NCBI GenBank assembly: GCA_964187785.1
Contig: OZ076409.1
Coordinates: 75,518,001-75,582,000 of the forward strand
Length of the DNA: 64,000 bases
From: Amphiscolops sp. MND2022
Taxonomy: Eukaryota
Direction of reading: 5' to 3'
The translations under genes were made by a program, and so were the position numbers. The notes under the pieces are model-generated. The model did no database searches. It was not told the origin of the DNA and saw nothing but the letters and a program-made list of their open reading frames with translations. Shown piece after piece: positions 24,670 to 40,100 of the stretch. The number at the start of each line of letters is the position of its first letter. Within the stretch, counting starts at the first letter, position 1.

Positions 24670-26640
24670 GTGCGGGGGGGTAACCCCAACAAAAATTTTG
24701 GAGGATTCGGGTAGGGTCCTGAATCCGATTTTGACTCTAATAGCTATCGATAGGAAATCTTGCAAAAATTTCGGGATCTCGTGATCTAACCATAGGATTT
24801 TAAAGTTGGAGCGGCCCCCACCAGATTTTCCGAAAATTAGCGCCCCCCACCGGGTTCCATACCCCGGAAAATTTTTTTCTGGCCACACGGGCGACCGTTA
24901 GGGGGTCATTTTAGGGGTAAAATTCATATTGGGCCACATAACTTTTTTTCTGTTGATTTAAAACTTTGGAACCCTGCTAAAAGTTTCTTGACCGTATTGC
25001 AAGGGCTCCGGAGGTCCAAACCAAATTTTTCTATCTTGAAGCTATCTCCAAGTACCCCCCCGCTCAAACCGTTATTTTTCCGGAAACGCAGGTTTTTAAC
25101 CCGGAAGGAGTCTTCAGAGCGCGGGGTCGTTAGGTGATGTTTTGGGGACGGCCTTGAGACGAAGTGGGGGACATGTAGTTTGCCAACCTCAGTTTACCCC
25201 CCGGACGGGAAATGACCGTTATATGAGCGGGAAAAATGCCCCCCTCCACGTTTTACCGCTATTTCCGGTGTGAAGGAGTGGGAGTAGCGCGTCGGGTGCC
25301 ATATATCAAAAGTAGGTTTAGACAAGGATCTATCGGAAACATGTGGTTTGAGACCCCCTGGACCAACCCGTAAGCAGGAAATGGGGCTTCCGGCCCGTTT
25401 TTTTACGGTTAAAAACGGAAAATGGGCATTGAGGGGTAAATATCTCGTGAACGCGTGGAGCAATCGTGTCCTTCACTACTACAAGGTTTCATACCCGTGA
25501 TATGGTGCCTTCAGGGGGGCAAACATATTTCCGCTATCTATCACCGTTACCGACTTGGCCCCCCAGCCTAACCGCTAAGTGACCGGAAATGTCATATTTT
25601 GAGCCCTAAGGGTCGGTCAGAGCGTGGCATCGTTAGGTAACTTATTGTAGTAGTCAATGGGACGAGTTGGGGGATATAGTTTCAGTCACCCCCCGTTACT
25701 CCTTGGGACCGGAAATGACCGTTATGTGAGTAAAATTGCGATTTTTGTACTTTTTGAAGGGCAATTAGGTGCGGAAGGAGTGGTAATAGGTGCTTGGACA
25801 CTATATGATGGAAGGGAGGACGTGAGGCGAGCGTTCGGAAATAACCGTTATGTTGACCCCAAAGTCCCCCTGGTACCGTAAACGACCGGAAATGGTCAAA
25901 TTTTGTGTTTATAGGGTACAAATGTTTGATATTTTGTAGATAAAAGTATCTATTAGGTGTTTCGACGGCCTGCGGTAGTGAACATAGTCATGGAACCTTG
26001 TGGGGGGTAACGGTATATAGCACCGGAAGTCCAAACCGTTGGAGACAGGATAGGTTTTTTGGTTTTAAAATGTCTTTCGGCGTACTTTTGTTGACTATTA
26101 TGGACTATTTTTAAAAATTAAAGTTTTTCCATATAGTTTCAGAGACTCCGAAACCTCAACCAACATAACCGTTACCTTATGATAGCCTTTCAAGTTGGCC
26201 TGGTGTCAACTTGGAGGGGCTATCCTTCAAAAATCGTTAACCAAGTGTGTTTTTGGGTATGTTTGTATCGTTTTAGAATCAATTAGAGCTTCAAGAAAAG
26301 TTTGCCAACGACAAAAACTATGTCGTGATGATTCCGTTATTGGAATGATGGTTAACAAAATGTTGATAAAGTTGATTTTTTACATTTCAAATGCGTCCTA
26401 AAAGCCAGAAAACTTCTTTACCAAACAAATGGTATTGATTGAATTGTATATAACAGGTAATAAAAGTTCAAATTGATTATTACGTTTCATTATTCAAGCT
26501 AAAAATTCATAACATAGTTTTATTAACGTCAACGCCACATACTTTACATCAACGCCCACCGTCTGTGGGCATGCCGGGGCATGCCCTTCGACGACGTATA
26601 CCAAATACATACCTAACGACGCCCGTACATCCCGGGCTAG
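24670..26640. mobile_element. Family B unit (1971 bp)
   Basis: Homologous to 6615-8580. The palindrome loop is GG instead of GA. Confidence 0.7.
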
Positions 26641-29222
26641 GTGCCGGGATTTCTATTCGATAAAGTATGTGGCGCGTGTGGGTAGGGTCCCTGGCGCGCT
26701 CTTGGGTATGGTGTTCACCAGCTAGGAAATAGGGGTCGATTTTTCGGGATCTCGTAAACTAGCCACACGATTTGGCTGAAATTTGGCACACGTACTCCCC
26801 TCGGCACGGTGAAGATGATTTCCTACTGACGTTTTTCCCGCAAAATTTTTTTTGTTGTCCAAAATAACGGTTTTTGGGGTAAAATTTTGAATTTTTTTTA
26901 AATTTTATCTTATATCTCGCCACCGGTTTAGGCTAGCGCTTCAAAACCTTGCTAAAGAAAGCTTGCAAACTGTCTCAGGAATGCGGTGTGAAATTTTCAG
27001 CTCAATCGGACTTAAACTCGGGGAGATATAGCGTTTTTCCGGAGCGGGGGGGTTTCATTTTTCTAACGGTCCAGCTTATCTTAGCCATTTTTTCGAAAAT
27101 GTACTCGCCTAAAGACCTCCCCTGGCCGGTTTTATTCCCAGCAAAACCATTTGGCCCTAAATACGGAGTTTCAGCGTTCCAGCATTCCCGGGCGAAAAGT
27201 TGTGGGACTTAGAAAAATTCAAAAATTTTCAAAAAAAAATTTTTCCGTTTTCCGCCCTCCCCCCCTAGGGGAAAAGACCCCCCAACCAGTAATTTGAGTG
27301 AATTCATGTGGAAAGGCCATGTTTAGACGAAAAAATTGCCGTTTAGAACGTCTTTATATCTCAACCTGACATTGACTTATGAAGCTTTAAAGGTGATGTT
27401 TGGACGTGTGAAGCATGTAAAAAAAGGAATTTTTTTGATTTTATTTCATCAGAAAGTCATTGAATTACACGCTGTGAAGCCCAGAGCGTGGTTTCTAATA
27501 GTTTGGTATCGTTTAAACGCATTTTGGTGTCTTTTTACTCTGTTTAAAAAACTTTTCTCCTGAAAATTAATAAATTTTGATTACTTTTCTTACTTTCCAT
27601 TAATTTTTTTTTCTTATATTTTTACTTGAAACAGTTGAGTACATTCCATCTCCCTTCCCGGGGGAGATGAGAATGTACTCGCAAAAAGCCGCGAACTACG
27701 GCCCATACCTTCCCGAGATACGCAGTATAAAGATAACATAATGGTCCAGACATTTTAATGGAGTTGTATCTTGGTAATATGTCTGGATTTGCAGAAAAAT
27801 CAGCACGTGCCATTTTATACCAAGTTGCTCGCAACGACAATTAATTTAAATCAACGCCCCCCACAAAAATCAACGCCCCCCGTCCGTGGGCATGCCGAGG
27901 CATGCCCTTCGACGACGTGCACCAAAATATGCCCCGAGCGCGTTAGCAGCTAGGTGCCGGGATTACTATTCGATAAGGAATTTTGCGCGTTTGGGTAGGG
28001 CCCCGTGAGCGCGCCAGGGGATAGTGTTAGAACAACAAGGATTTGGGCATCAGTTGGGAGCGATTTTCTAAACTATCCGTACGATTTTGCTGAAATTTGG
28101 CACGAAGCTTCCTTGGAACATTCTAAGAACAAATCCCTACTGGCGTTTTGCTGGGAAAAATCAAAAAGTTGGTCAAAAATGCGATTTTCCGACAAAATTT
28201 TGGGGTAAAATTTTTTTGAAACGTTATATCTCGCCACAGGGTCACGCTAGCGCCTCGCAACCTATGATCGTGTTTTGTTGGGCGTTGTCTGTAGAACACG
28301 TATGCCAAATTTGGTGGCGATCGGACTTAAACTCAGGGAGATATAGCGATTTTTTAGGTGCATTTTTCGACATTTTTTGCGTTTGCCGATTTATCTCTGC
28401 CGTTTTTGCCCAAATTTTTTTTGAGACACTCTCCTAAAGACCTCCCCTGGCCGGTTTACCTCCCAGAAAAACCATTTGGCCCTAAATACGAAGTTTCAGC
28501 GTTCTAGCATTCCCGGGCAAAAAGTTGTGGGACTTAGAATAGTTTTTATGGTAACGCAAAATGTGTAAAGTCAACTTCAGGCCTCCCAAAGTCAAAGAAC
28601 TTCCACACAACTAGGATTGCAAGTGGGTGCATGTGGAAAGTACTCGGATAGACGAGAAAAATGAGCTATAGAACGACTCTGTAGCTTAACCTGACGTTGA
28701 CTTATGACAATTTTAGTGTGAGCTTGCTATTTGGTGTAAAAATTCAAATGATGAAAATCGAAGCTAAGTCTCATCCAAAACTCATCGGAATACGTTCAAT
28801 GCATCCCAAAGCGGATTAATTCGAGATGTTTAGTGCAGCAACACCATTCAAGACCATTTGACCCATTTTTATAAGTTTTGACAACGTATTATTCATACGA
28901 GAGCACGAAACAGTTGAGTACATTCCATCTCCCTTTCGGGGGAGATGAGAATGTACTCGCTAAAGTCCAGGTACTACAGCCCATATTTGCTTTTATGCGA
29001 CGCTCTTATGCTAGTGCGCATACTTTTTAATCGTTTAACTGAATTTTCTTCTGTCTGCACTTTGACTTTGACTTGACATATAGTGAACGTTTTGTCTTAC
29101 AACTTACAAATGAGTAACGTCAACGCCCCATCCTTGCATCAACGCCCACCGTCCGTGGGCATGCCGAGGCATGCCCTTCGACGACGTATGCCAAGATATA
29201 TCCCAAGCGCGGTAGCCGCTAG
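26641..29222. repeat. Family A units 20-21
   Basis: Units 26641-27953 (1313 bp) and 27954-29222 (1269 bp) carry the family A blocks. Confidence 0.94.
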
Positions 29223-31195
29223 GTGCGGGGGGGTAACCCCAACAAATATATTGGAGGATTCGGGTAGGGTCCTGAATCCGATTTTAACTCTAATAGCTAT
29301 CGATAGGAAATCTTGCAAAAATTTCGGGATCTCGTGATCTAACCATAGGATTTTAAAGTTGGAGCGGCCCCCACCAGATTTTCCAAAATTATTCGCCCCC
29401 CACCGGGTTCCAGCGTGATTGAAATATTTTGTCGGGGTACACGGGCGACCGTTAGGGGTCATTTTGGGGGTAAAATTTATATAATGTCGCATAACTTTTT
29501 TCCTGTTGGATTAAAACTTTGGGACCCTGCTAAAAGTTTCTTGACCGTGTTGCGGGGGCTCCGGAGGTCCAAACCAAATTTTTCTATCTTGAAGCTATCT
29601 CCAAGTACCCCCCCGCCCAAACCGTTATTTTTCCGGAAACGCAGGTTTTTGACCCGGAAGGAGTCGTCTGAGCGCGGGGTCGTTAGGTGATGTATTGGGG
29701 ACGGCTTCGAGACGAAGCGGGGGACGTGTAGTTTGCCGACCCCAGTTTACCCCCCGGACGGGAAATGACCGTTATTTGAGCGGGAAAAATGTCCCCCTCC
29801 ACGTTTTACCGCTATTTCCGGTGTGAAGGAGTGGGAGTAGCGCGTCGGGTGTTATATAACAAAAGTAGGTTTAGACAAGGACCTATCGGAAACATGTAGT
29901 TTGGGACCCTCTGGACCAACCCGTTAGCGGGAAATGGCGCTTCCGCTTCCTTTTTTTACTGCTAAAACCGTAAAATGGGCATTGAGGGGTAAATATCTCG
30001 TGAACGCGTGGAGCAATCGTGTCCATCACTACTACAAGGTTTCATACCCATGATATGGTGCCTTCAGGGGGGCAAACAGATTTCCGCTATCTATCACCGT
30101 TACCGACTTGGCCCCCCAGCCTAACCGCTATGTGACCGGAAATGTCACTTTTTGAGCCCAAAGGGTCGGTCCCAGCCGGGGAACGTTAGGTAACTTATTG
30201 TAGTACTCAATGAGACGAGTTGGGGGATATAGTTTCAGTCACCCCCCGTTACCCCTTGGGACCGGAAATGACCGTTATGTGGGTAAAATTGCAATTTTTA
30301 TACTTTTTCAAGTGTATTTAGGTGCGGAAGGAGTGGTAATAGGTGCTTGGACACTATATGAGGTAAGGGAGGACGTGAGGCGAGCATTCGGAAATAACCG
30401 CTATGTTGACCCTAAAGTCCCCCTGGTACCGTAAACGACCGGAAATGGTCAAATTTTGTGTCTATTGGGTACAAATGTTTAGTATTTTGTAGATAAAAGT
30501 ATCTATTAGGTGTTTCGACGGCCTGCAATAGTGAACATAGTCATGAAACCTTGTGGGGGGTAACGGGGTATATAGCACCGGAAGTCCAAACCGTTGGACA
30601 CAGGATAGGTTTTTGGTTTGAAAATGTCTTTCGGCGTACTTTTGTCGACTATTATGGACTATTATTAAAAATTAAAGTTTTTCCATATAGTTTCAGAGAC
30701 TCCGAAATCTCAACCAACATAACCGTTACACTTTGATAGCCTTTCAAGTTGGCCTGGTGTCAACTTGGAAGCGCTATCCTTCTGAAATCGTTAATCAATA
30801 GTGTTTTTGGGTAGGTATATATTGCATTAGTACCAATTAGAGCTTCATCAACAGTGTATCAACGACAAAAACTATGCCGTCATGATTCCGTTATTAGAAT
30901 CATAGTGAGCAAATAGTTGAAAAAAATGGTTTTTTCCATACAAAATGTGTCCTAAATGCCAGGAAACCTATTTACCTAACAAATGGTATTAATTGGAATG
31001 TATGTAACAGATTTATAAAAGTTCAAATTGAATATTACATTTCATTATGGAAGCTGAAACGTTATATTTTAGTTTGATTAACGTCCACGCCACATACTTT
31101 ACATCAACGCCCACCGTCTGTGGGCATGCCGAGGCATGCCCTTCGACGACATATACCAAATACATACCTAACGACGCCCGTACATCCCGGGCTAG
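29223..31195. mobile_element. Family B unit (1973 bp)
   Basis: Homologous to 6615-8580. Confidence 0.7.
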
Positions 31196-34100
31196 GTGCC
31201 GGGATTTCCATTCGATAAGGAATTCTGCGCGTGTGGGTAGGGCCCCTGGCGCGCTCCTGTGTTTTCGGTTTTCCTACTCCTAAATAGACCCCCTGAATTC
31301 CGGGATCTCCCAAACTATCCATACGATTTGGCTGAAATTTGGCACACGTACCCCCCTCGGCACGGTGAAGATGATTTCCTACTGACGTTTTTCCCGCTAA
31401 ACATTTTTTGTTGACCAAAATAACGGTTTTTGGGGTAAAATTTTGAACTTTTTTTAAATTTCATCTTATATCTCGCCACGGGTACACGCTAGTGCTTCCA
31501 AACCTTGCTGACGAAAGTTTGCAAACTGTCTCAGGAATGCTGTGTGAAATTTTCAGCTCAATCGGACTTAAACTCGAGGAGATATAGCGTTTTCCCGGAG
31601 CGGGGGGGTTTCAATTTTCTAACGGTCCAGCTTATCTTTGCCATTTTTTCGAAAATGCACTCGCCTAAAGGCCTCCCCTGGCCGGTTTTATTCTCAACAA
31701 AACCATTTGGCCCTAAATACGGAGTTTCAGCGTTCCAGCATTCCCGGGCGAAAAGTTGTGGGACTTAGAAAAGTTCAAAAATTTTCAAAAAAAATTTTTT
31801 CCGTTATTTGGGCCCTCAAAGTGGGGGAAAAGACCCCCCAACCAGTAAAGCAAGTGAATGCATGTGGAAAGCCCTTGTTTAGACGAGAAAAATGCCGTCT
31901 AGAACGTCTTTTTATCTTAACTTGACATTGACTTTTGTCGTTTTGAAGGTGACCGTTAGATACGGAAAATTGATGTTTTGAGTATTTATCCCATCTGAAA
32001 GCCATTGAGATACAACATGTTTTGCTCAAAACGTGTTTCATTGCAGTTTCGCTGTCCATTATCACCCTTTGGTGTCTTTTCACGTAATTTTCGTTTCTAT
32101 AATAACAATTTTTTTGTGTATTTATTCATTTTTTTCTCATCAAATAACTTGAAACAGTTGAGTACATTCCATCTCCCTTCCCGGGGGAGATGAGAATGTA
32201 CTCGCTAAAGGTCAGGAACTACGGTCTATATCTTCCACAACACAAAAGGGATTGCAAATGGTTTCAGTTTGTCGCAGAAAACTTCTTTTGGCCCTCTGTG
32301 ACTCGACAAAATGAACGTTTCTTACTTACTTTGAAACTCAGCATACCACAACTCATCTCTAACGTCAGCGCCCCCCTACTTGCATCAACGCCCACCGTCC
32401 GTGGGCATGCCGAGGCATGCCCTTCGACGACGTATACCAAGATATACCTGGAGCGCGGTAGCCGCTAGGTGCCGGGATTTCCATTCGATAAGGAATTCTG
32501 CGCGTGTGGGTAGGGCCCCTGGCGCGCTCCTGTGTTTTTGGTTTTCCTACTCCTAAATAGGCCCCCTGAATTCCGGGATCTCCTAAACTATCCATACGAT
32601 TTGGCTGAAATTTGGCACACAGCCCCCTTGGAACATTGTAAGAACAAATCCCTACTGACGTTTTGCCCGCTAAACATTTTTTGTTGGTCAAAATTGCGAT
32701 TTTCCGACAAAATTTTTGACTTTTTTTCACGTTATAGTCTATATCTCTTCCCAGGATTACGCTAGCGGCCCAAAACCTCAGTCAAAAAAGTTTGCAAACT
32801 GTCTCAGGAATGCGGTGTCAAATTTTCAGGTCAATCGGACTTAAACTCAGCGACTTAGAGCGTTTTTTAGGTGCATTTTTTGACATTTTTTGCGTTTTTC
32901 GATTTATCTCTGCCGTTTTCTGCCCAGATTTTTTTCGAGACACTCTCCTAAAGACCTCCCCTGGCCGGTTTACCTCCCAGCAAAACCATTTGGCCCTAAA
33001 TACGAAGTTTCAGCGTTCTAGCATTCCTGGGCGAAAAGTTGTGGGACTTAGAAAATTTTTTTGGGTACGCAAAATGTGTAAAGTCAACTTCAGGCCTCCC
33101 AAAGTCAAGGAACTTCCACACAACTAGTATTGCAAGTGAATGCATGTGGAAAGTACTCGGATAGACGAGAAAAATGAGCTATAGAACGACTCTGTAGCTC
33201 AACCTGACGTTGACTTATGATGTTTTGAATGTGTGCTTGCTAAGGGGTCCGAAACTGAAAATTTTTCAAGAAAATTAATATAGTCAAAAATTCATCGGAA
33301 TGCCTGCAATATACAGTAGAGCGTGTTCAATTGTAGCTGACTAATGCATCAACGCCGTTCAAGGTCTTTTAACTCAGTTTCAAAATTTTTTACACTGTAT
33401 TATTCATCCGAGAGCACAAAACAGTTGAGTACATTCCATCTCCCCTCCGTGGGAGATGAGAATGTACTCGCTAAAGTCCAGGTGCTACAGCCCATGTTTG
33501 TTTTTTTGCGGCGCTATTTATGCTAGTGCGCACACGTATTAACTTTTTACCTGATTTTACTTTTGTCAGTACTTTTACTTTGACTTGACATATACTGAAC
33601 ATTATGTCCTTCTATCATACACATGACTAACGTCAACGCCCCATCCTTGCTTCAACGCCCACCGTCCGTGGGCATGCCGAGGCATGCCCTTCGACGACGT
33701 ATGCCAAAGATATTCCCGAGCGCGTTAGCCTAGGTGGCCGGAAATTTTTTTTTTCAGCAAAATCTTTGCCATTGGGGGAGGGGCCCCGGATGGCCAGTAG
33801 TTCGGCTTGGCTACCTGCAAAATCAGGTACAAAAAAACACGATCTCAAAATTGGCCCGTCAGAAATCGCTCATTTTTTGCATGCGGCCCTAAAATCAATA
33901 TATAAGAACAAAGTCCTGCTGACGTTTTGCCGAAAAAACATTTTTTGTTGACCAAAAATAACATTTTTCATGCCAAAATGACCGTTTTTTCACATTTTTC
34001 AAATTTGAGAGCTCATATCTCGTTCCCAGGTGCCCGGAGCGGTTCGCACGTGAACTGCAATATTGCTCAACGTTGTTAACGGAGTGCGTGGACAAATTTT

Positions 34101-37100
34101 GGTCCAAATCGGACTTAAACTCGGGGAGATATAAACGGATTTTTGGGGGTTTCCGGGGTAAATTTTTTAACGGTCCAGCTTATCTTTGCCATTTTTTCGA
34201 AAATGTACTCGCCTAAAGGCCTCCCCCTGGCCGAATTTCCTCCCAGCAAAACCATTTGGCCCTAAATACGGAGTTTCAGCGTTCTAGCATTTCCGGGCGA
34301 AAAGTTGTAGGACTTAGAATAAATTCAAAATTTTTCAAAAAATTTTTTTTTCGTTTTCCGGCCCCCCAATGAAGGGGAACGACCCCCAACTTGGATTTTT
34401 GGTGAATCCATGTGAAAGGGTCTTGTTTAGTGAAGAAAAATGCCGTTTAGAGCGACTTTTTATCTTAACTTGACGTTGACTTATGTCGTTTTGAATTTGA
34501 TATTAGTATGTGTTGAGCATGTGAAAAGTTGAATATTTCAGTTGTTCTTTCGTGTTAGCCCTTGAGATACAAGCTGTAGTGATCAAAATGTGATTTTTCG
34601 CCGTTTCGTGGTGCTTTTGGTGTAATTTGATTCTTTTGGGTAAAAAGTTGTTCTTTATATATTGACAATTATGGTGTATTGATTCAAATGAACATGAAAC
34701 AGTTGAGTACATTTCATCTCCCACTTGGGGGAGATGAGAATGTACTCGCTAAAGTCCTAGTACTATGGCCCGTTTTTGTTTTTATCAGACGTAGATACTG
34801 CCAACGGATACTTTTTGTTGGTGCAACTTTCCTGTGCACAATGTCTTTAGAAGCTAGAAAACTCTATGCCTCTAGCTTACTTCTCCTACAAATTCGTCAC
34901 CGACGTCAACGCCACACACTCTCACTAACGCCCACCGTCTGTGGGCATGCCGAGGCATGCCCTTCGACGACGTATGCCAAATAGCGCCACAGGGCGCCCA
35001 ATTTTGTCTAGGTGCCGGGATTTCCATTCGATAAGGAATTCTGCGCGTGTGGGTAGGGCCCCTGGCGCGCTCCTGTGTTTTCGGTTTTCCTACTCCAAAT
35101 TCACACCCCAGTTATCTCCGATCTCGTAAACTATCCATACGATTTGGCTGAAATTTGGCACACGTACCCCCCTCGGCACGGTGAAGATGATTTCCTACTG
35201 ACGTTTTTCCCGCTAAACATTTTTTGTTGACCAAAATAACGGTTTTTGGGGTAAAATTTTCAACTTTTTTTAAATTTTATCTTATATCTCGCCACGGGTA
35301 CACGCTAGCGCTTCCAAACCTTGCTGACGAAAGTTTGCAAACTGTTTCAGGAATGCTGTGTGAAATTTTCAGCTCAATCGGACTTAAACTCGAGGAGATA
35401 TAGCGTTTTTCCGGAGCGGGGGGGTTTCATTTTTCTAACGGTCCAGCTTATCTTTGCCATTTTTTCGAAAATGCACTCGCCTAAAGGCCTCCCCTGGCCG
35501 GTTTTATTCCCAGCAAAACCATTTGGCCCTAAATACGGAGTTTCAGCGTTCCAGCATTCCCGGGCGAAAAGTTGTGGGACTTAGAAAATTTCAAAAATTT
35601 TCAAAAATTTTTTTTCCGTTATTTGGGCCCCCAAAGTGGGGGAAAAGACCCCCCAACCAGTAAAGCAAGTGAATGCATGTGCAAAGCCCTTGTTTAGAGG
35701 AGAAAAATGCCGTTTAGAACGTCTTTTTATCTTGGCTCAACGTTGACTTATGACGTTTTGAAGGTGATGTTTGGAGGTGTAAATCACGTGAATAGTAAAC
35801 GTTATGAGTATTTATCTGATCTGAAAGCCATTGAGATGCAATATGGTTTGCTCAAAACGTAATTCATGGCAGTTTGGCAATCAATCAACACCCTTTGTTG
35901 TCGTTTGACATACTTTTTTGTTGTTATAATAAAAATTTTGTGTATTTGTTCATTTTTTTCTCATCAAATAACTTGAAACAGTTGAGTACATTCCATCCCC
36001 CCTTCCGGGGGAGATGAGAATGTACTCGCAAAAAGCAGCGAATTACGGCCCTTACCTTCCCGAGCTACGCAGTATAAGGATTACATATTGGTTCCGACAT
36101 TTTCATAGAGTTAAATCTTGGTAATCTGTCTGGATATGCAGAAAAATCAGCACGTGCCTTTTAATACCAAGTTGCTCACAACGACAATTATTTTATATCA
36201 ACGCCCCCATATTTATCAACGCCCCCCGTCCGTGGGCATGCCGAGGCATGCCCTTCGACGACGTATACCAAGATATACATCGAGCGCGTTAGCCTAGGTG
36301 CCGGGATTTCCATTCGATAAGGAATTCTGCGCGTGTGGGTAGGGCCCCTGGCGCGCTCCTGTGTTTTCGGTTTTCCTACTCCTAAATAGACCCCCTAAAT
36401 TCCGGGATCTCCTAAACTATCCATACGATTTGGCTGAAATTTGGCACACGTACCCCCCTCGGCACGGTGAAGATGATTTCCTACTGACGTTTTTCCCGCT
36501 AAACATTTTTTGTTGACCAAAATAACGGTTTTTGGGGTAAAATTTTCAACTTTTTTTAAATTTCATCTTATATCTCGCCACGGGTGCTCGCTAGCGCTTC
36601 CAAACCTTGCTGACGAAAGTTTGCAAACTGTCTCAGGAAGGCTGTGTGAAAATTTCAGCTCAATCGGACTCAAACTCGAGGAGATATAGCGTTTTTCCGG
36701 AGCGGGGGGGTTTCATTTTTCTAACGGTCCAGCTTATCTTTGCCATTTTTTCGAAAATGCACTCGCCTAAAGGCCTCCCCTGGCCGGTTTTATTCCCAGC
36801 AAAACCATTTGGCCCTAAATACGGAGTTTCAGCGTTCCAGCATTCTCGGGCGAAAAGTTGTGGGACTTAGAAAATTTCAAAAATTTTCAAAAAATTTTTT
36901 TTTCGTTATTTGGGCCCCCAAAGTGGGGGAAAAGATCCCCCAACCAGTAATTCAAGTGAATGCATGTGGAAAGGCCATGTTTAGAGGAGAAAAATGCCGT
37001 TTAGAACGTCTTTTTATCTTGGCTCAACGTTGACTTATGACGTTTTGAAGGTGATGTTTGGAGGTGTAAAGCAAGTGAATAGTAAACGTTATGAGTATTT

Positions 37101-40100
37101 ATCTGATCTGAAAGCCATTGAGATGCAATATGATTGCTCAAAACGTAATTCATTGCAGTTTGGCAATCAATCAACACCCTTTGTTGTCGTTTGACATACT
37201 TTTTTGTTGTTAAAATAAAAAATTTTGTGTATTTATTCATTTTTTCTCATCAAATAACTTGGAACAGTTGAGTACATTCCATCCCCCCCTTCCGGGGGAG
37301 ATGAGAATGTACTCGCAAAAAGCACCGAACTACGGCCCTTACCTTCCCGAGCTACGCAGTATAAGGATTACATATTGGTTCCGACATTTTCATAGAGTTA
37401 TATCTTGGTAATCTGTCTGGATATGCCGAAAAATCAGCACGTGCCTTTTAATACCAAGTTGCTCACAACGACAATTATTTTATATCAACGCCCCCATATT
37501 TATCAACGCCCCCCGTCCGTGGGCATGCCGAGGCATGCCCTTCGACGACGTATACCAAGATATACATAAGCGCGGTAGCCGCTAGGTGCCGGTGTTTTTT
37601 TACACAATGGGGGAAGTTGCGCGGTTGGGGAGGGTCCCTGACGCGCTTCCGTGGTATCGGGTCTTTCAACCGATGAAAACGACATAAAAAATTGGGATCT
37701 CGTAAACTAGCCATACGATTTGGCTGAAATTTGGCACACGTACCCCCCTCGGCACGCTGAAGATGATTCCCTACTGACGTTTTTCCCGCTAAACATTTTT
37801 TGTTGACCAAAATAACGGTTTTTGGGGTAAAATTTTCAACTTTTTTTAAATTTCATCTTATATCTCGCCACGGGTACACGCTAGCGCTTCCACACCTTGC
37901 TGACGAAAGTTTGCAAACTGTCTCAGGAATGCTGTGTGAAATTTTCAGCTCAATCGGACTCAAACTCGGGGAGATATAGCGTTTTTCCGGAGCGGGGGGG
38001 TTTCATTTTTCTAACGGTCCAGCTTATCTTTGCCATTTTTTCGAAAATGCACTCGCCTAAAGGCCTCCCCTGGCCGGTTTTATTCCCAGCAAAACCATTT
38101 GGCCCTAAATACGGAGTTTCAGCGTTCCAGCATTTCCGGGCGAAAAGTTGTGGGACTTAGAAAAATTCAAAAATTTTCAAAAATTTTTTTTTCGGTTTTC
38201 CGCCCTCCCCCCCGAGGGGAAAAGACCCCCCAACCAGTAATTTGAGTGAATTCACATGGAAAGGCCATGTTTAGAGGAGAAAAATGCCGTTTAGAACGTC
38301 TTTTTATCTTTATTCAACGTTGACTTATGACGTTTTGAAGGTGATGTTTGGAGGTGTAAAGCACGTGAATAGTAAACGTTATGAGTATTTATTTGATCTG
38401 AAAGCCATTGAGACGCAATATGGTTTGCTCAAAACGTAATTCATTGCCGTTTGGCAATCAATCAACACCCTTTGTTGTCGTTTGACATACTTTTTTGTTG
38501 TTATAATAAAAAATTTTGTGTATTTATTCATTTTTTTCTCATCAAATAACTTGAAACAGTTGAGTACATTCCATCCCCCCCTTCCGGGGGAGATGAGAAT
38601 GTACTCCCAAAAAGCACCGTACTACGGCCCTTACCTTCCCGAGCTACGCAGTATAAGGATTGCATATTGGTTCCGACATTTTCATAGAGTTAAATCTTGG
38701 TAATCTGTCTGGATATGCAGAAAAATCAGCACGTGCCTTTTAATACCAAGTTGCTTACAACGACAATTATTTTATATCAACGCCCCCATATTTATCAACG
38801 CCCCCCGTCCGTGGGCATGCCGAGGCATGCCCTTCGACGACGTATACCAAGATATACATAAGCGCGGTAGCCTAGGTGCCGGGATTTCTATTCGATAAAG
38901 TATGTGGCGCGTGTGGGTAGGGTCCCTGGCGCGCTCTTGGGTATGGTGTTCACCAGCTAGGAAATAGGGGTCGATTTTTCGGGATCTCCTAAACTAGCCA
39001 CACGATTTGGCTGAAATTTGGCACACGTACTCCCCTCGGCACGGTGAAGATGATTTCCTACTGACGTTTTTCCCGCAAAATTTTTTTTGTTGTCCAAAAT
39101 AACGGTTTTTGGGGTAAAATTTTGAATTTTTTTTAAATTTTATCTTATATCTCGCCACGGGTTTACGCTAGCGCTTCAAAACCCTGCTAAAGAAAGCTTG
39201 CAAACTGTCTCAGGAATGCTGTGTGAAATTTCCAGCTCAATCGGACTCAAACTCAGGGAGATATAGCGTTTTTCCGGAGCGGGGGGGTTTCATTTTTCTA
39301 ACGGTCCAGATTATCTTTGCCATTTTTTCAAAAATGCACTCGCCTAAAGGCCTCCCCTGGCCGGTTTTATTCCCAGCAAAACCATTTGGCCCTAAATATG
39401 GAGTTTCAGCGTTCCAGCATTCCCGGGCGAAAAGTTGTGGGACTTAGAAAAGTTCAAAAATTTTCAAAAATTTTTTTTTCCGTTTTTTGGGCCCCCAAAG
39501 TGGGGGAAAAGACCCCCCAACCAGTAAGGCAAGTGAATGCATGTGCAAAGCCCTTGTTTAGAGGAGAAAAATGCCGTTTAGAACGTCTTTTTATCTTGGC
39601 TCAACGTTGACTTATGACGTTTTGAAGGTGATGTTTGGAGGTGTAAAGCACGTGAATAGTAAACGTTATGAGTATTTATCTGATCTGAAAGCCATTGAGA
39701 TGCAATATGGTTTGCTCAAAACGTAATCCATGGCAGTTTGGCAATCAATCAACACCCTTTGTTGTCGTTTGACATACTTTTTTGTTGTTATAATAAAAAA
39801 TTTTGTGTATTTATTCATTTTTTACTCATCAAATAACTTGAAACAGTTGAGTACATTCCATCCCCCCCTTCCGGGGGAGATGAGAATGTACTCGCAAAAA
39901 GCCCCAAACTACGGCCCTTGCCTTCCTGAGCTACGCAGTATAAAGATTGCATATTGGTTCCGACATTTTCATAGAGTTAAATCTTGGTAATCTGTCTGGA
40001 TATGCAGAAAAACCAGCACGTGCTTTTTTATACCAAGTTGCTTTCAACGACAATTATTTTATATCAACGCCCCCATATTTATCAACGCCCCCCGTCCGTG

